NCBI GenBank assembly: GCA_038230375.1
Contig: JBBRNJ010000007.1
Coordinates: forward strand, 64,001 to 128,000
Reading direction: 5' to 3'
DNA length: 64,000 nucleotides
DNA from: Polyangiales bacterium
GTDB lineage: Bacteria > Myxococcota_A > Polyangia > Polyangiales > Polyangiaceae
The notes under the pieces were generated by a model. It saw nothing but the letters and a program-made list of their open reading frames with translations, was not told the origin of the DNA and ran no database searches. This document shows positions 38,878 to 49,322 of the stretch, piece by piece. Each line of letters begins with the position of its first letter. Within the stretch, counting starts at the first letter, position 1. The position numbers were made by a program, and so were the translations under genes.

Positions 38878-40569
38878 ATGGTCAGCATGGAGGGGGCTCG
38901 CGAGAAGAACCGGGACGAGGCGCCACTCGTCATTGGTCGCTATGCGCTCTTCGACATCATCGCCGCGGGTGGAATGGCCACCGTGCATATCGGACGGTTG
39001 CTCGGTCCCGTCGGGTTCTGTCGGACCGTCGCCGTGAAGCGCCTGCATCCGATGTTCGCGCGTGACCCCGAGTTCGTTTCCATGTTCCTGGACGAGGCGC
39101 GGCTCGCGGCGCGCGTTCGTCATCCGCACGTCATTCAGACCGTTGACGTCGTCGCCACGAAGGGTGAGCTCTTCGTGGTGATGGACTACGTGGAGGGCGA
39201 GTCGCTTGCCCGGCTGATGCGCGCGCTCCGCAACAGCGAGGGCCTGATGCCCCTTCGCGTGGTGTCGGCCATCGTGTCCGGTGCATTGCAGGGCCTACAC
39301 GCAGCGCACGAGGCAAAGGACGAGCGCGGCGCCGATCTCGGGATCGTCCATCGTGACGTGTCGCCGCAGAATGTGCTCGTCGGAGTCGACGGCCTTGCAC
39401 GCGTGCTCGACTTCGGGATCGCGAAGGCGACTGGTCGCATGCAGACCACACGCGAAGGGCAGGTGAAGGGCAAGCTCGCGTACATGGCGCCAGAGCAGGT
39501 CCACGGGGAGACCATGACGCGCACCGCGGACATCTACGCTGCGGCGATCGTGGCGTGGGAGACGATCACGGCGCAGCGCCTCTTCCGCGCCGACAACGAG
39601 TCCGCGGTGCTCGCGAAGGTGCTCGCCGGTGATGTCGCTCCGCCCAGCACGCTCGTACCCGAGGTCCCGAAGGAGCTGGACGCGGTCATCATGCGCGGCC
39701 TCGCGCGCGATCCAGCGCTTCGCTTCGCGACGGCAAAGGAGATGGCGCAGGCGCTCGAGAAGTGCGTGCCGCCCGCCTCTTCTGCGGAGGTCGCCGAGTG
39801 GCTGGCGCCGATCCTCGGGCCGCTCGTGGCGGACCGTGCATCACTGGTCGCGCAGATCGAGACGGACTCGGGCCTGAGCTCGCTCGAGTCGCTCAAGGAG
39901 AGCATGCTCAAGGAGCTGAGCGTACCGCCCGTCGTACGAACGACGACCCGTCTGGAGTCCGCTGCGCAGCAAGCGATAGCGCGGGTCGCAGCAGCCAACG
40001 GGGGGCCCGCGAGCCTGCCTCCTGCGAGCATGCCTCCTGTATCAGCGAGTGCAGCAACTGCGCCGTCGAGCGTCGTGCTCGCGCCTCCGAGCGTCGTGCT
40101 CGCACCTCCCAACATCGTGCCCCTCCCACCGATATCGCACGCCTCCGCTGCGCGCTCCGGGCCCTATCCCAGCGCCGACGTCACTCAGTCCATCCGAAGG
40201 CCAAGAAACAGTGCGTTCGTAGGTTTGATCCTGGGCGCTGGCGTCGTCGTGTTGCTCTTCGGTTGTGCGGTCGCCGTCGTGATGGCGCGCCGAACGCCGG
40301 ACGCCAGCGCCGCAGTTGCTCCCCCGATCGCAGAAACGCCGACCGTCACGCCCACCCCGACGGCTCTCGCAGCGACGGCGACGATGGCCGCGATCGCGCC
40401 CGCGGTGTCGCTCGCCGCGCCCTCCGCCTCCGTTGCCATGACAGCGTCGTCGACCCCCGCGCAGAAGGACCCGTCGGCCCCCGCGCAGCGACGCGGCACG
40501 GGCTCGAAGGCCGGCTCCAAGGATCCCGGCAGCAAGGATCCCTTCCAGGGGATCGGAGGGCGACGTTGA
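38878..40569 (+). CDS. Membrane Ser/Thr protein kinase
   Basis: AAGGMATV, VAVKR, HRDVSPQN, DFG and GKLAYMAPE. TM segment. Confidence 0.93.
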   Translation: MVSMEGAREKNRDEAPLVIGRYALFDIIAAGGMATVHIGRLLGPVGFCRTVAVKRLHPMFARDPEFVSMFLDEARLAARVRHPHVIQTVDVVATKGELFVVMDYVEGESLARLMRALRNSEGLMPLRVVSAIVSGALQGLHAAHEAKDERGADLGIVHRDVSPQNVLVGVDGLARVLDFGIAKATGRMQTTREGQVKGKLAYMAPEQVHGETMTRTADIYAAAIVAWETITAQRLFRADNESAVLAKVLAGDVAPPSTLVPEVPKELDAVIMRGLARDPALRFATAKEMAQALEKCVPPASSAEVAEWLAPILGPLVADRASLVAQIETDSGLSSLESLKESMLKELSVPPVVRTTTRLESAAQQAIARVAAANGGPASLPPASMPPVSASAATAPSSVVLAPPSVVLAPPNIVPLPPISHASAARSGPYPSADVTQSIRRPRNSAFVGLILGAGVVVLLFGCAVAVVMARRTPDASAAVAPPIAETPTVTPTPTALAATATMAAIAPAVSLAAPSASVAMTASSTPAQKDPSAPAQRRGTGSKAGSKDPGSKDPFQGIGGRR

Positions 40570-41591
40570 GGCGACTCGGCTTCCCGCGGGTCTCGTGCGT
40601 CCTCGTCGTGACCGCGCTTTTGGTTGCCACGACACGCGCGACGGCGGAACCGACAGCGCAGGAGCGAGGGCTTGCGGACACGCTCTTCCGCGACGCGAAG
40701 GCCATGGTCACGGCGGGGAACGTGGGCCCTGCGTGTCTCAAGTTCGCCGAGAGTCAGCGCCTCGATCCGCAGGTCGGGACGCTGCTGTACCTTGCGACGT
40801 GTCACCAGCAAGAGGGCAAGACGGCCTCGGCCTGGGTCGAGTTCAACGACGCGGCGCATGCAGCACACGCCGCTGGACAGGCGGACCGTGAAACCATGGC
40901 GCGGAGCCGCGCGGTCGCACTCGAGCCCAAGCTCTCACATCTCACGGTGCGCATCGCGAAGGCGGTGGACGCGCAAGCCGTCAAGGTCGACGGCCTTCCG
41001 CTGAACACCTCGGCATGGGGCGCGTCGTTCCCGGTCGACCCGGGAAAGCATGTCGTCGAAGCCTCCGCGCCCGCGCGCACATCGTGGCGGAAGGACATGG
41101 TCCTGGACGCCGGGAGCCAGACCGTTATCGACATACCCGAGCTCGCGCCCGCCGACCCTGGCCCGAAACCGGCGATCGTCGTCTTGCCTTCGCCTGCACC
41201 CGAGCAGCCAGTTGCTCCGCAAGATGACGGCGGGCGGCGTACGTTTGGGTTCGTCGCGCTGGGCATCGGCGGCGCCGGGCTGGTCACGGGTTCCATCTTC
41301 GGAGTGCTCGCGCTCGACGCGAAGAATCAGGCTGCGAAGCTCGGTGACGGTGGTGGTTGCGTCGGCAACCGCTGCACGCAAGCCGTGCTCGACAAGGAGG
41401 GCAACGCACGCACGATGGGTTGGGTGTCCACCGCCGGCTTTGGTCTTGGGGTCGTCGGCGCCGGCGTGGGTGCGTGGCTGCTCCTCACTTCCGGCGGCAA
41501 GGAGCCCGCGAAGGCGGCGCGATCGGGCGTGTCGTTCGCGCCCGTCGTCAACGCGCACGACGTGGGCATGACGGCGGTGGGCTCGTTCTGA
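40566..41591 (+). CDS. TPR plus PEGA-like exported protein with TM hairpin (kinase-associated)
   Basis: ACLKFAESQRLDPQVGTLLYLATC..GKTASAW and PVDPGKHVVEASAP. TTGA overlap with the kinase stop. Confidence 0.78.
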   Translation: MRRLGFPRVSCVLVVTALLVATTRATAEPTAQERGLADTLFRDAKAMVTAGNVGPACLKFAESQRLDPQVGTLLYLATCHQQEGKTASAWVEFNDAAHAAHAAGQADRETMARSRAVALEPKLSHLTVRIAKAVDAQAVKVDGLPLNTSAWGASFPVDPGKHVVEASAPARTSWRKDMVLDAGSQTVIDIPELAPADPGPKPAIVVLPSPAPEQPVAPQDDGGRRTFGFVALGIGGAGLVTGSIFGVLALDAKNQAAKLGDGGGCVGNRCTQAVLDKEGNARTMGWVSTAGFGLGVVGAGVGAWLLLTSGGKEPAKAARSGVSFAPVVNAHDVGMTAVGSF

Positions 41592-41595
41592 ACGC

Positions 41596-42222
41596 TCAGG
41601 GGGCGCATGGCGACCCGGCGCCCGCCCAGGTCTTCCATGCGTTCATGAAGTCCGCGCGCGCGACCGGTATCGCGTTGCGACCCGGGCCAGGCGTCCACCC
41701 CCACGCGACCAGCGGATCTTCCAGGTGCGTCAGGAGCGCGGCCCCATCCTTGCCGCCGTTCCTCGCCGGATCCGTAACGCGCGCGCAGAGCTCGCCGGAC
41801 GAGAGGCCGACGAACTCGAGCTTGTTGCCGGGCGGAGGCATCCGCCAGCCCGTGCCCACACCGGGCGGAATGTGAAGGCCATAGGTGTCCGGCGGATTCG
41901 CAGGACCGTGGCACGTCACGCACTCCTGACCGGGCATGCCGCGGCCTTCCGGCCCGCGAAGGACGTTCTGCGCGTGCACGCGCCCGTCGTCACCTTGTAG
42001 CGGCGCGTCTCCGCCCGGATGACAGTTCTGACAGCGCGGATGCTGCAGCACGCCGCGCACGACCTCGAAGGCGGCGCGTGCGTCGGCTGCGCGCTTCGCC
42101 GCAGGATCTGCCTTCGGTACGACGGGCTGCGGAGGATCGCCGCAGGAGAAGGCCGTGAGCGCGGCCGTCAACGTGAGAGCGAGTGACGTCGGGTTGTGGA
42201 GCGAGCGAGTCATCGTACTCAT
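41596..42222 (-). CDS. Diheme c-type lipoprotein associated with isoquinoline 1-oxidoreductase-like genes
   Basis: AFSC lipobox. HPRCQNCHP, CVTCH and LVAWGWTPG. Confidence 0.8.
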   Translation of the reverse strand: MSTMTRSLHNPTSLALTLTAALTAFSCGDPPQPVVPKADPAAKRAADARAAFEVVRGVLQHPRCQNCHPGGDAPLQGDDGRVHAQNVLRGPEGRGMPGQECVTCHGPANPPDTYGLHIPPGVGTGWRMPPPGNKLEFVGLSSGELCARVTDPARNGGKDGAALLTHLEDPLVAWGWTPGPGRNAIPVARADFMNAWKTWAGAGSPCAP

Positions 42223-44399
42223 GCGAGCTGGAAGGGGAGCGAGCGCAGGCGCTGCTTGGTGAGAGAGAACAGCGCGTTCGCGACGGCCGGTGCGATCGGC
42301 GCGGTGGCCGGCTCGCCGATGCCGCCCATCTTCGCGTCGCTCTTCTGGAGGAACACGTCCACGCGCGGCATCTCGTTCATGCGCAGCACGCGGTAGTCGT
42401 GGAAGTTGCTCTGGTCGACCTTGCCGCCCGTCAACGTGATCGCGCCGTGAAGCGCGGCTGACAGGCCGTAGGCGATGCTGCCCTGGACCTGCGCCTCCAC
42501 CGCCAGCGGGTTCACGACGGTGCCGCAGTCGACCACGCAGGTGACCTTGTGCACCCGCGGCTTGCCGCGCTCCACGGAGACGTCAGCGACCTCCGCAACG
42601 ATGGTCCCGAACGACTCGTGCACCGCAAGGCCCAGGGCGTGGCCTTCCGCGATTGGCTTGCCCCATCCCGCTTTTTCTGCGGCCAGCGTGAGCGCGGCGA
42701 CGAAGCGCGGCTTGCCCTGGAGCAGCCGTAGTCGATACGCGAGCGGGTCCTGCTTCGCTGTGTGCGCGAGCTCGTCGATCATGCTCTCCATCGCGAACGC
42801 CGTGTGCGTGTTGCCCACGGAGCGCCACCAGAGCACCGTGACCGCCGACTCTGGCGAATGGAGCATCACGCGGCGCGCAGGCACGCTCTCCAGGTACGGT
42901 GACTCGAAGAGGCCCTCCACGGACGAAGGATCGATGCCGTTCTTGATGCGGCTCGCGAACGGCGTGGTCGCCATGATCGACTGCCCCACCACGACGTGCT
43001 TCCACGCCACGGGCGCGCCTTCGCCGTTCACGCCCACCTCGACGCGGTGCACGTACGCGGGGCGATACTGCCCGCCGCGCACGTCGTCCTCGCGCGTCCA
43101 GACCACCTTCACGGGGACACCTGCGGCCTTCGCCACCTCCACAGCCTCTCCCACGTAGTCGGAGTTGGGGCTCGCGCGTCGACCGAAGCCGCCGCCCAGG
43201 AACATGGTGTTGATGGTGACGTTCGCGGTCGGGATGCCGAGGATCTTCGCGGCGGCGGCCTGGTCGACGGTCTGCATCTGCGTGCCCGTCCAGATCTCGC
43301 AGCGATCGCCGTCGATCCTGACGGTGCAGTTGAGCGGCTCCATCGGCGCGTGCGCCAGGTAGGGCACGTCGTACTCCGCCACGAGTCGGGTCTTCGAGGC
43401 GCCGAGCGCAGCGTCGACGTCGCCAACCTCGCCAGCGACGGCCCCGTTCGTCTTTGCCTTCGCGCGGAAATCGGCGAGCTGCGCGCGTGTGTCCACGCCG
43501 CCACCAGGCGGTGCGTTCCACGTGGCGTTGAGCGCGTCGCGTCCAAGCTTGGCAGCCCAGAAATGTGCGCCGACAACCGCGACGCCGCGCGACGTGCGCA
43601 CCACCTTCGTGACACCGGGCACCTTGAGCGCCGCGCTGTCGTCGACGGAGGCGAAGGTGGCGCCGAACGCCGGTGGCCGCAAGACGAGCGCGGTCATCAG
43701 GCCGGGCATCTGCACGTCCATGCCGAACTTCGCGCGTCCTGTGATCTTCTCGGGTGTGTCCAGGCGCTTCATGGGCTTGCCGATGAGCGTCCACTCCGCG
43801 GGGGCCTTCAGCGTGACCTTCTCCGGCGGCGGGAGCGCCATGGCAGCGGTCGCGAGCTGTCCGTACGTGAGGCGCTTCTTGCCGCTGGTGACCGCGCCAT
43901 CCTTCGCGGTGCACGACGCGGGAGGAACCTTCCATTTTTCGGCGGCGGCGCGCAGGAGCATGTCGCGCGCCATGGCGCCCACAGTGCGATAGCGATCGAA
44001 CTCCGTGCGCGTGGTGCTGGAGCCGCCGGTCATCTGCATGCCGAATCGCGCGGGATGCCCGTAGACGCTCGCCGCTGGCGCGTGCTCGGTCTTCACCTTG
44101 GACCAGTCGCACGAGAGCTCCTCGGCGATGACCATCGCGAGGCCCGTCCAGATGCCCTGACCCATCTCGGAGTGCGCGAGCACCACGGTGACGGTGTCGT
44201 CGGGGGCGATGCGAAGGAATGCGTTCGGCGGCGGAGGGGGCGGTGCAGGTTGCGCACCGGCCGGCGGCTTCACCTGCGGCTTCTCTACCGGCTTCGTGGC
44301 CGCAGAAATCGCGTTCCGCGGCGCAATGTAGAACGAGAGCACCAGGCCCGCGGCTGCCGCGCCCGAGCCCGCGAGGAAGGAGCGCCGCGAGACGGTCAT
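42219..44399 (-). CDS. Xanthine dehydrogenase-family molybdopterin-binding subunit (IorB-like), Tat-exported
   Basis: SRRSFL Tat motif, [25 protein letters not shown] and GGIGEP. Confidence 0.92.
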   Translation of the reverse strand: MTVSRRSFLAGSGAAAAGLVLSFYIAPRNAISAATKPVEKPQVKPPAGAQPAPPPPPPNAFLRIAPDDTVTVVLAHSEMGQGIWTGLAMVIAEELSCDWSKVKTEHAPAASVYGHPARFGMQMTGGSSTTRTEFDRYRTVGAMARDMLLRAAAEKWKVPPASCTAKDGAVTSGKKRLTYGQLATAAMALPPPEKVTLKAPAEWTLIGKPMKRLDTPEKITGRAKFGMDVQMPGLMTALVLRPPAFGATFASVDDSAALKVPGVTKVVRTSRGVAVVGAHFWAAKLGRDALNATWNAPPGGGVDTRAQLADFRAKAKTNGAVAGEVGDVDAALGASKTRLVAEYDVPYLAHAPMEPLNCTVRIDGDRCEIWTGTQMQTVDQAAAAKILGIPTANVTINTMFLGGGFGRRASPNSDYVGEAVEVAKAAGVPVKVVWTREDDVRGGQYRPAYVHRVEVGVNGEGAPVAWKHVVVGQSIMATTPFASRIKNGIDPSSVEGLFESPYLESVPARRVMLHSPESAVTVLWWRSVGNTHTAFAMESMIDELAHTAKQDPLAYRLRLLQGKPRFVAALTLAAEKAGWGKPIAEGHALGLAVHESFGTIVAEVADVSVERGKPRVHKVTCVVDCGTVVNPLAVEAQVQGSIAYGLSAALHGAITLTGGKVDQSNFHDYRVLRMNEMPRVDVFLQKSDAKMGGIGEPATAPIAPAVANALFSLTKQRLRSLPFQLA

Positions 44400-44857
44400 C
44401 GCGCCCCCTTACGCAGGCGCGCGGCCGCATGCACGGCCTCACGGATGCGCGGATACGTGCCGCAACGGCAGATGTTGCCGGAGAGCGCGGCATCGATGTC
44501 GCCATCGGTGGGGTCGGCGTTCCTCTCGAGAAGCGCGGCGGCGGCCAGGATCTGCCCCGACTGACAGTAGCCGCACTGCACGACGTCCACGTCCGTCCAG
44601 GCGCGCTGCACCGGATGCGATCCGTCCGGCGAAAGCCCTTCGATCGTGAGCACCTTGCGTTTGCCCACCGCGGAGACGGGCAGCACGCACGAACGCGTGG
44701 GGGTCCCATCTAGATGTACAGTGCATGCACCGCACTGCGCGACGCCGCACCCAAACTTCACGCCCGTGATGCCGAGCAGATCGCGAAGGACCCAGAGCAG
44801 CGGCATGTCTGCCGGTGCATCGACCTCGCGTGTGGTTCCGTTCACGAAAAGCTGCAT
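44396..44857 (-). CDS. (2Fe-2S)-binding subunit (IorA-like)
   Basis: [22 protein letters not shown] and NICRCGTY. Confidence 0.93.
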   Translation of the reverse strand: MQLFVNGTTREVDAPADMPLLWVLRDLLGITGVKFGCGVAQCGACTVHLDGTPTRSCVLPVSAVGKRKVLTIEGLSPDGSHPVQRAWTDVDVVQCGYCQSGQILAAAALLERNADPTDGDIDAALSGNICRCGTYPRIREAVHAAARLRKGAR

Positions 44858-44921
44858 GCGTGCGCTCCTGTGAAGCGGACTCTACGCAGGTTCGCCGCCG
44901 CGCATCAAGGCGCATCAGAAG

Positions 44922-45518
44922 CTACGTCGCGCGGAGCCACGCCTTCACGCGTTCGTCGGGCGTTGGGTGCTGCGTGACGTCGCTCACCACCGCGATCGAG
45001 TCGGCACCCGCCGCGTAAATCTCCTCGGCCTGCTCGAGCTTGATGCCGCCGATCGCGACCAGCGGTGTCGCCCCCACGCGCCTCTTCCACTCGCCGATGC
45101 GCGGAATTCCCTGCGGGTCGAAGCGCATGCTCTTCAGGGTGGTGGGGAAGATGGGACCCAGCGCGACGTAGTGGGGCGAATGAAGCAGCGCCTTCTCCAG
45201 CTCATCCTCGTCGTGGGTGGAGATGCCGAGCGTGAGGCCCGCATTGCGGATCGCAGCGACGTCCGCCTCCGCGAGATCCTCCTGCCCAAGATGAACGTGC
45301 GCGGCCTTCGCGTGGATCGCCGCCTGCCAGTAGTCGTTGATGACCAGCTGCGTCTTCGTGCCTCTCGTGAGCGCGACCGCGGCGTGCACGACCATGAGCG
45401 CGTCGCCAGGGCTGAGGCCCTTCGCGCGCAGCTGCACCGTGCCCACGCCCAGCGCGCAGAGCCGCTCCACCCAGGCGACGCTGTCCACGATGGGATAGAA
45501 GCGATCAGGGTACGGCAT
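44922..45518 (-). CDS. thiE: Thiamine-phosphate synthase
   Basis: [33 protein letters not shown] and VAIGGI. Confidence 0.93.
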   Translation of the reverse strand: MPYPDRFYPIVDSVAWVERLCALGVGTVQLRAKGLSPGDALMVVHAAVALTRGTKTQLVINDYWQAAIHAKAAHVHLGQEDLAEADVAAIRNAGLTLGISTHDEDELEKALLHSPHYVALGPIFPTTLKSMRFDPQGIPRIGEWKRRVGATPLVAIGGIKLEQAEEIYAAGADSIAVVSDVTQHPTPDERVKAWLRAT

Positions 45519-46287
45519 GCCAGAACGGTGTCCCGACAACGGGCGTGGATGGCGAGGCGAAGTCGCGCGCTCCCATGAGCCCTGCCTCGAACGCAATGCG
45601 ACCCGCCTCCACGCCCAGGCGAAATGCGCCGGCCATGTTCACGGGGTTCCGGGCCTTCGCGATGGCGGTGTTGAGCAGCACCGCGTCGTAGCCCAGCTCC
45701 ATCGCCTCTGCCGCGTGTGAAGGCGCGCCGAGCCCCGCGTCCACGACCAGCATGACGTCGGGCAGGCGCTGGCGCAGCAGTACGAGCGCGTCGCGGTTCT
45801 CGATCCCGCGCGCGCTCCCGATGGGCGAAGCCCACGGCATGATCACGCGGCACCCGACGTCGCGCAGGCGCTGGGCGACGCTGAGGTCCTCGGTGCAGTA
45901 GGGGAACACCTGGAAGCCCTCCTTGATGAGGATGGCAGCTGCCTCCACGAGCCCCACGACGTCGGGCTGGAGCGTGTCGTCGTCGGCGATGACCTCGAGC
46001 TTCACCCAGCTCTGGCCGAAGAGCTCGCGTGCGAGCTTCGCCGTGGTGACCGCTTCGCGCACCGTCTTGCAGCCGGCGGTATTGGGCAGCACGGTCACGC
46101 CCAGCTCGGAGATGAGCGAGAAGAAGGCCGCGCCGCTCTTGCCGCCGGCGGCCTCGCGGCGAACGGACACGGTGACGATCTGCGCGCCCGAGGCGCGGAT
46201 GGCGTCCTGCATGATCTGCGGCGATGGATACAGCGCCGTGCCAGTGAGGATGCGGGACGAGAATTCCTTGCCGTAGAAGCTCACCAT
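45505..46287 (-). CDS. thiG: Thiazole synthase
   Basis: [37 protein letters not shown] and LLNTAIA. Confidence 0.95.
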   Translation of the reverse strand: MVSFYGKEFSSRILTGTALYPSPQIMQDAIRASGAQIVTVSVRREAAGGKSGAAFFSLISELGVTVLPNTAGCKTVREAVTTAKLARELFGQSWVKLEVIADDDTLQPDVVGLVEAAAILIKEGFQVFPYCTEDLSVAQRLRDVGCRVIMPWASPIGSARGIENRDALVLLRQRLPDVMLVVDAGLGAPSHAAEAMELGYDAVLLNTAIAKARNPVNMAGAFRLGVEAGRIAFEAGLMGARDFASPSTPVVGTPFWHAVP

Positions 46288-46291
46288 TCGA

Positions 46292-46489
46292 TCAGCCTCC
46301 CTGTCGCGGCGTGAGGATCTCGATCGTGTCACCTTCGGAGAGCGCTGTCGCTGCCCAGCTGGCGCGCGGCACCACCTCCTCGTTCACTGCGATCGCAACA
46401 TGCGCGTTCGCGTGCGAGAGCTCGATCAGGAGCTCCGGCAGAAGCGTGGCGCGCGTCTCGGTGCGCTCGCCGTTGATGATCAACCACAT
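46292..46489 (-). CDS. thiS: Sulfur carrier protein
   Basis: 65 aa: MWLIINGE...[12 protein letters not shown]....[15 protein letters not shown]. Confidence 0.93.
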   Translation of the reverse strand: MWLIINGERTETRATLLPELLIELSHANAHVAIAVNEEVVPRASWAATALSEGDTIEILTPRQGG

Positions 46490-47487
46490 CGCATCACCTC
46501 GGGGTCGATCTCGCCGCGCTGCACGTACGCGGTCAGCAGCTCCGCCAGCGCTGGCGCAAGCAGGAAGCCGTGACGGTAGAGGCCGTTGACGCTGATGTGG
46601 TCGCCGCGGACGTCGATGCGCGGGAGGTTGTCGGGATAGGCAGGTCGCAGGCCCGCGCCCACCTCCACCACGCGCGCCTCCGCGAACGCCGGGTGGATCG
46701 AGTACGCGGCGCTCAGCAGCTCCAGCACCGAGCGCACGCTCACGCCCAGGTCCTCGCTCTCGATCGATGTCGCGCCGATCAGGTAGCGCCCGTCGCTGCG
46801 CGGAACGATGTAGATCGGATGGCGCGGGTGCAAGAGCCTCACGGGACGCGAGAGCACGATCTCGTGCGTCTCGATCGTGACGGTCTCGCCCTTCACGCCG
46901 CGCAGCTCCTTGCCGGGTGCTGTGTCGCGCGCGCCCAGGCCACGACAGTCGATCACGAGGCCCTCGCACTCCTTTGGCTCCTTCGCGCCTTCCGTGATCG
47001 TGACGCCGGCCTGGCGCAGCCCGGCATGCAGGCGCGGAAGATCGCGGCGCGGCTCGACGCGGCCTTCCTCCTCGTAGAACAGCGCATCCGTGAAGCGCCC
47101 GTCGAGCATGGGCTCGAGGTCGTGCAGCTCCTTCCCAGTCACCGCGCGATGGCCGGAAGTCCGCTGCGCGAAGCGCTCGAAGTCGGCGCGGTCGCGGCCG
47201 TGTGCCACCACCAGCGAGCCGTTCATCGGCGTGTCGGGCAGTGCGTCCTTCCACAGGGCGAGCGAGCGTACGCCAAGCCTGACCACCACGGGCTCCGCGG
47301 TCTCACCCTCGCAGTGGGGCGCCAGCATACCGCCCGCCCAGTGGCCGGCGTCCTGCGCGAGCGGGACCGCGCCGCGTCCGTCGAACAGCGTGACGGACCG
47401 GCCCGCCTTCGCGAGCATCAGCGCCTGCCACGTGCCCGCGATGCCCGCGCCAATGACGCTGACGGGCGCGTTCTTGCGCGATGACAT
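46480..47487 (-). CDS. thiO: Glycine oxidase
   Basis: GAGIAG FAD motif, WAGGMLAP, LRGVKGE, GLRP and NGLYRHGFLLAP. Confidence 0.9.
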   Translation of the reverse strand: MSSRKNAPVSVIGAGIAGTWQALMLAKAGRSVTLFDGRGAVPLAQDAGHWAGGMLAPHCEGETAEPVVVRLGVRSLALWKDALPDTPMNGSLVVAHGRDRADFERFAQRTSGHRAVTGKELHDLEPMLDGRFTDALFYEEEGRVEPRRDLPRLHAGLRQAGVTITEGAKEPKECEGLVIDCRGLGARDTAPGKELRGVKGETVTIETHEIVLSRPVRLLHPRHPIYIVPRSDGRYLIGATSIESEDLGVSVRSVLELLSAAYSIHPAFAEARVVEVGAGLRPAYPDNLPRIDVRGDHISVNGLYRHGFLLAPALAELLTAYVQRGEIDPEVMRCG

Positions 47488-47534
47488 GGAACCCTGCGGC
47501 ATCTTGGACCCTTCGTAGATATCATGCGGACCGA

Positions 47535-49322
47535 ATGGTCACCAACCCGCAACCGGCGCGCACAGGGCTAGGCAAGCGCCTCCAGGCGCTGCTCGCCGTG
47601 GTGGCCGCCAGCATCGTTGCGGTCGGTGCCGTCGGGTACGTGCGCACCGTGTCCATCGAGGAGCGAATCAGCTACCTGGACGGGCGGGTGAGTCCCCTGC
47701 GCGAGCTCAAGGCCGTTTCGGACCTGCACGCGATCGACGTCGTCGACACCGTGCACAAGGTGGTGTTCGGTCGCTTCACCCCGGCGGAGGGAGCGAAGCG
47801 CCTTGCAGCAGCAGCGCTCGAGATCGACCAGGTCTGGCAGGCCTACACGCACGGTCCGCTCACCGCGGAGGACCAGCGCCACGTGCACGAGACGGCGCCG
47901 CTCATGCTCGCCGCACGCAGCGCGATCGATGAGGCGCGCGACGCGATGCTTCGTGACGACGTGGTGGCGCTGGACGACTTCCGCCGCAACAGGATGTACC
48001 AGGCGATCGACCCGCTGACAGCACAGCTGAACGAACTCGCGCAGCACCAGGTGCAGGAGGTCGACCTCGTAGCGCGCGTCGCCCAGCGTGACCTCACCAC
48101 GTCGCGTAACGTGAGCACGGCGGCGCTCGCGCTCGCTGGATTGCTGGCGCTGTTCGTCGGCTTTCGCTTCTCGCGAAGGCTCGCATCATCACTTTCGGCG
48201 ATGCAGGCCGTGGTGCGCAGCGCCGCGAGCGGCGACCACGCTGCGCGCGCCTCGCTCGAAGGCGACGACGAGCTTGCGGCGATGGCCGCCGACATCGACG
48301 CGATGAACGAGAGCCTGGAGCAAGCGCGGCGCGAGATCGAGGCTCACGCGACGGTGCTCGCGGCGTCCGAGAAGAAGGCCCGCGAGGCAAACATCGCCAA
48401 ATCGATCTTCCTCAGCAGCATGAGCCACGAGCTCCGGACGCCGCTCAACGTGATCCTCGGGCACGCGCAGCTCCTTCTTCGCGCGCAGCCGTCGGCGACG
48501 CAAAAGCGCCAGCTCACGAGCATCACCGAGGCCGGCGGTCACCTGCTCCAGCTGATCGACGACGTCCTGTCGCTCTCGAAGGTGGAGGCGGGAACGATGG
48601 AGCTGTATCCGCGCCCGTTCTCGCCCGCGCAGCTGGTGCGGCGCGTTGCCAACCTGCTGGCGTTCCAGGCGACCGCGAAGGGACTCGCGCTCGACGTGCG
48701 ATGCGATGCGTCGGTCCCCGAGCGCGTTTTGGGGGACGAAGGAAAGCTGCGCCAGGTCCTGGTCAACCTGCTCGGCAACGCCATCAAGTTCACCAGAGCA
48801 GGTACGGTCTCGGTCGCTGTTGGGTACCCCGAGGGCAAGCTCGACGTGCGGGTGACCGACACGGGCCCGGGCATCTCGGAGGAAGAGCGCGCTTGTCTCT
48901 TCGAGACATTCTACCAGGGCAGCGCCGGGCGGGCGTCCGCCACTGGAACGGGGCTGGGGCTCCATATCAGCCAGACGCTGGTGCGTTTGATGGGCGGGGA
49001 CATCCGCGTGGAGAGCACCGTCGGGGCAGGCAGTACGTTCTCGTTCGCAGTCGCGCTGCCGTGCGCTCCCGACGTCTCGGAGAGTGGAGCTGTCGACGCG
49101 AAGGTCATGGACGGACGGCTCCGTGAGCCGAGAGATGCGGTCGCGCTGCTGTCGTCGGAGCAGCGCGCACGCCTTCTCCTGCCGTTGCAGCTCGGCGATC
49201 TGGCGGAGGCGCTACGCGTGGCCGATTCGCTGTCGGACCGGGCGATCGCGGCGCCGATTCGCGCGGTCATCGAGACCTACCGGGTCGACGGTCTGCTAGA
49301 AGCCTTGCGGGAGGGGGTGTAG
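47535..49322 (+). CDS. Membrane sensor histidine kinase (4HB-type sensor, HAMP, HisKA, HATPase)
   Basis: Two TMs, DELA HAMP, MSHELRTPLN, NLLGNAIKFT, DTGPGI and GTGLGL. Confidence 0.9.
   Translation: MVTNPQPARTGLGKRLQALLAVVAASIVAVGAVGYVRTVSIEERISYLDGRVSPLRELKAVSDLHAIDVVDTVHKVVFGRFTPAEGAKRLAAAALEIDQVWQAYTHGPLTAEDQRHVHETAPLMLAARSAIDEARDAMLRDDVVALDDFRRNRMYQAIDPLTAQLNELAQHQVQEVDLVARVAQRDLTTSRNVSTAALALAGLLALFVGFRFSRRLASSLSAMQAVVRSAASGDHAARASLEGDDELAAMAADIDAMNESLEQARREIEAHATVLAASEKKAREANIAKSIFLSSMSHELRTPLNVILGHAQLLLRAQPSATQKRQLTSITEAGGHLLQLIDDVLSLSKVEAGTMELYPRPFSPAQLVRRVANLLAFQATAKGLALDVRCDASVPERVLGDEGKLRQVLVNLLGNAIKFTRAGTVSVAVGYPEGKLDVRVTDTGPGISEEERACLFETFYQGSAGRASATGTGLGLHISQTLVRLMGGDIRVESTVGAGSTFSFAVALPCAPDVSESGAVDAKVMDGRLREPRDAVALLSSEQRARLLLPLQLGDLAEALRVADSLSDRAIAAPIRAVIETYRVDGLLEALREGV

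Noticed and set aside
40068..40110. 21-bp duplication (SVVLAPP x2) in a kinase linker
   Set aside because: Ordinary slippage in a disordered linker.
41596..44857. iorAB-like genes plus diheme protein as a novel system
   Set aside because: This three-gene arrangement is common; only the substrate is unknown.
47488..47534. TPP riboswitch upstream of thiO
   Set aside because: The gap is too short and no CUGAGA-type core was seen.
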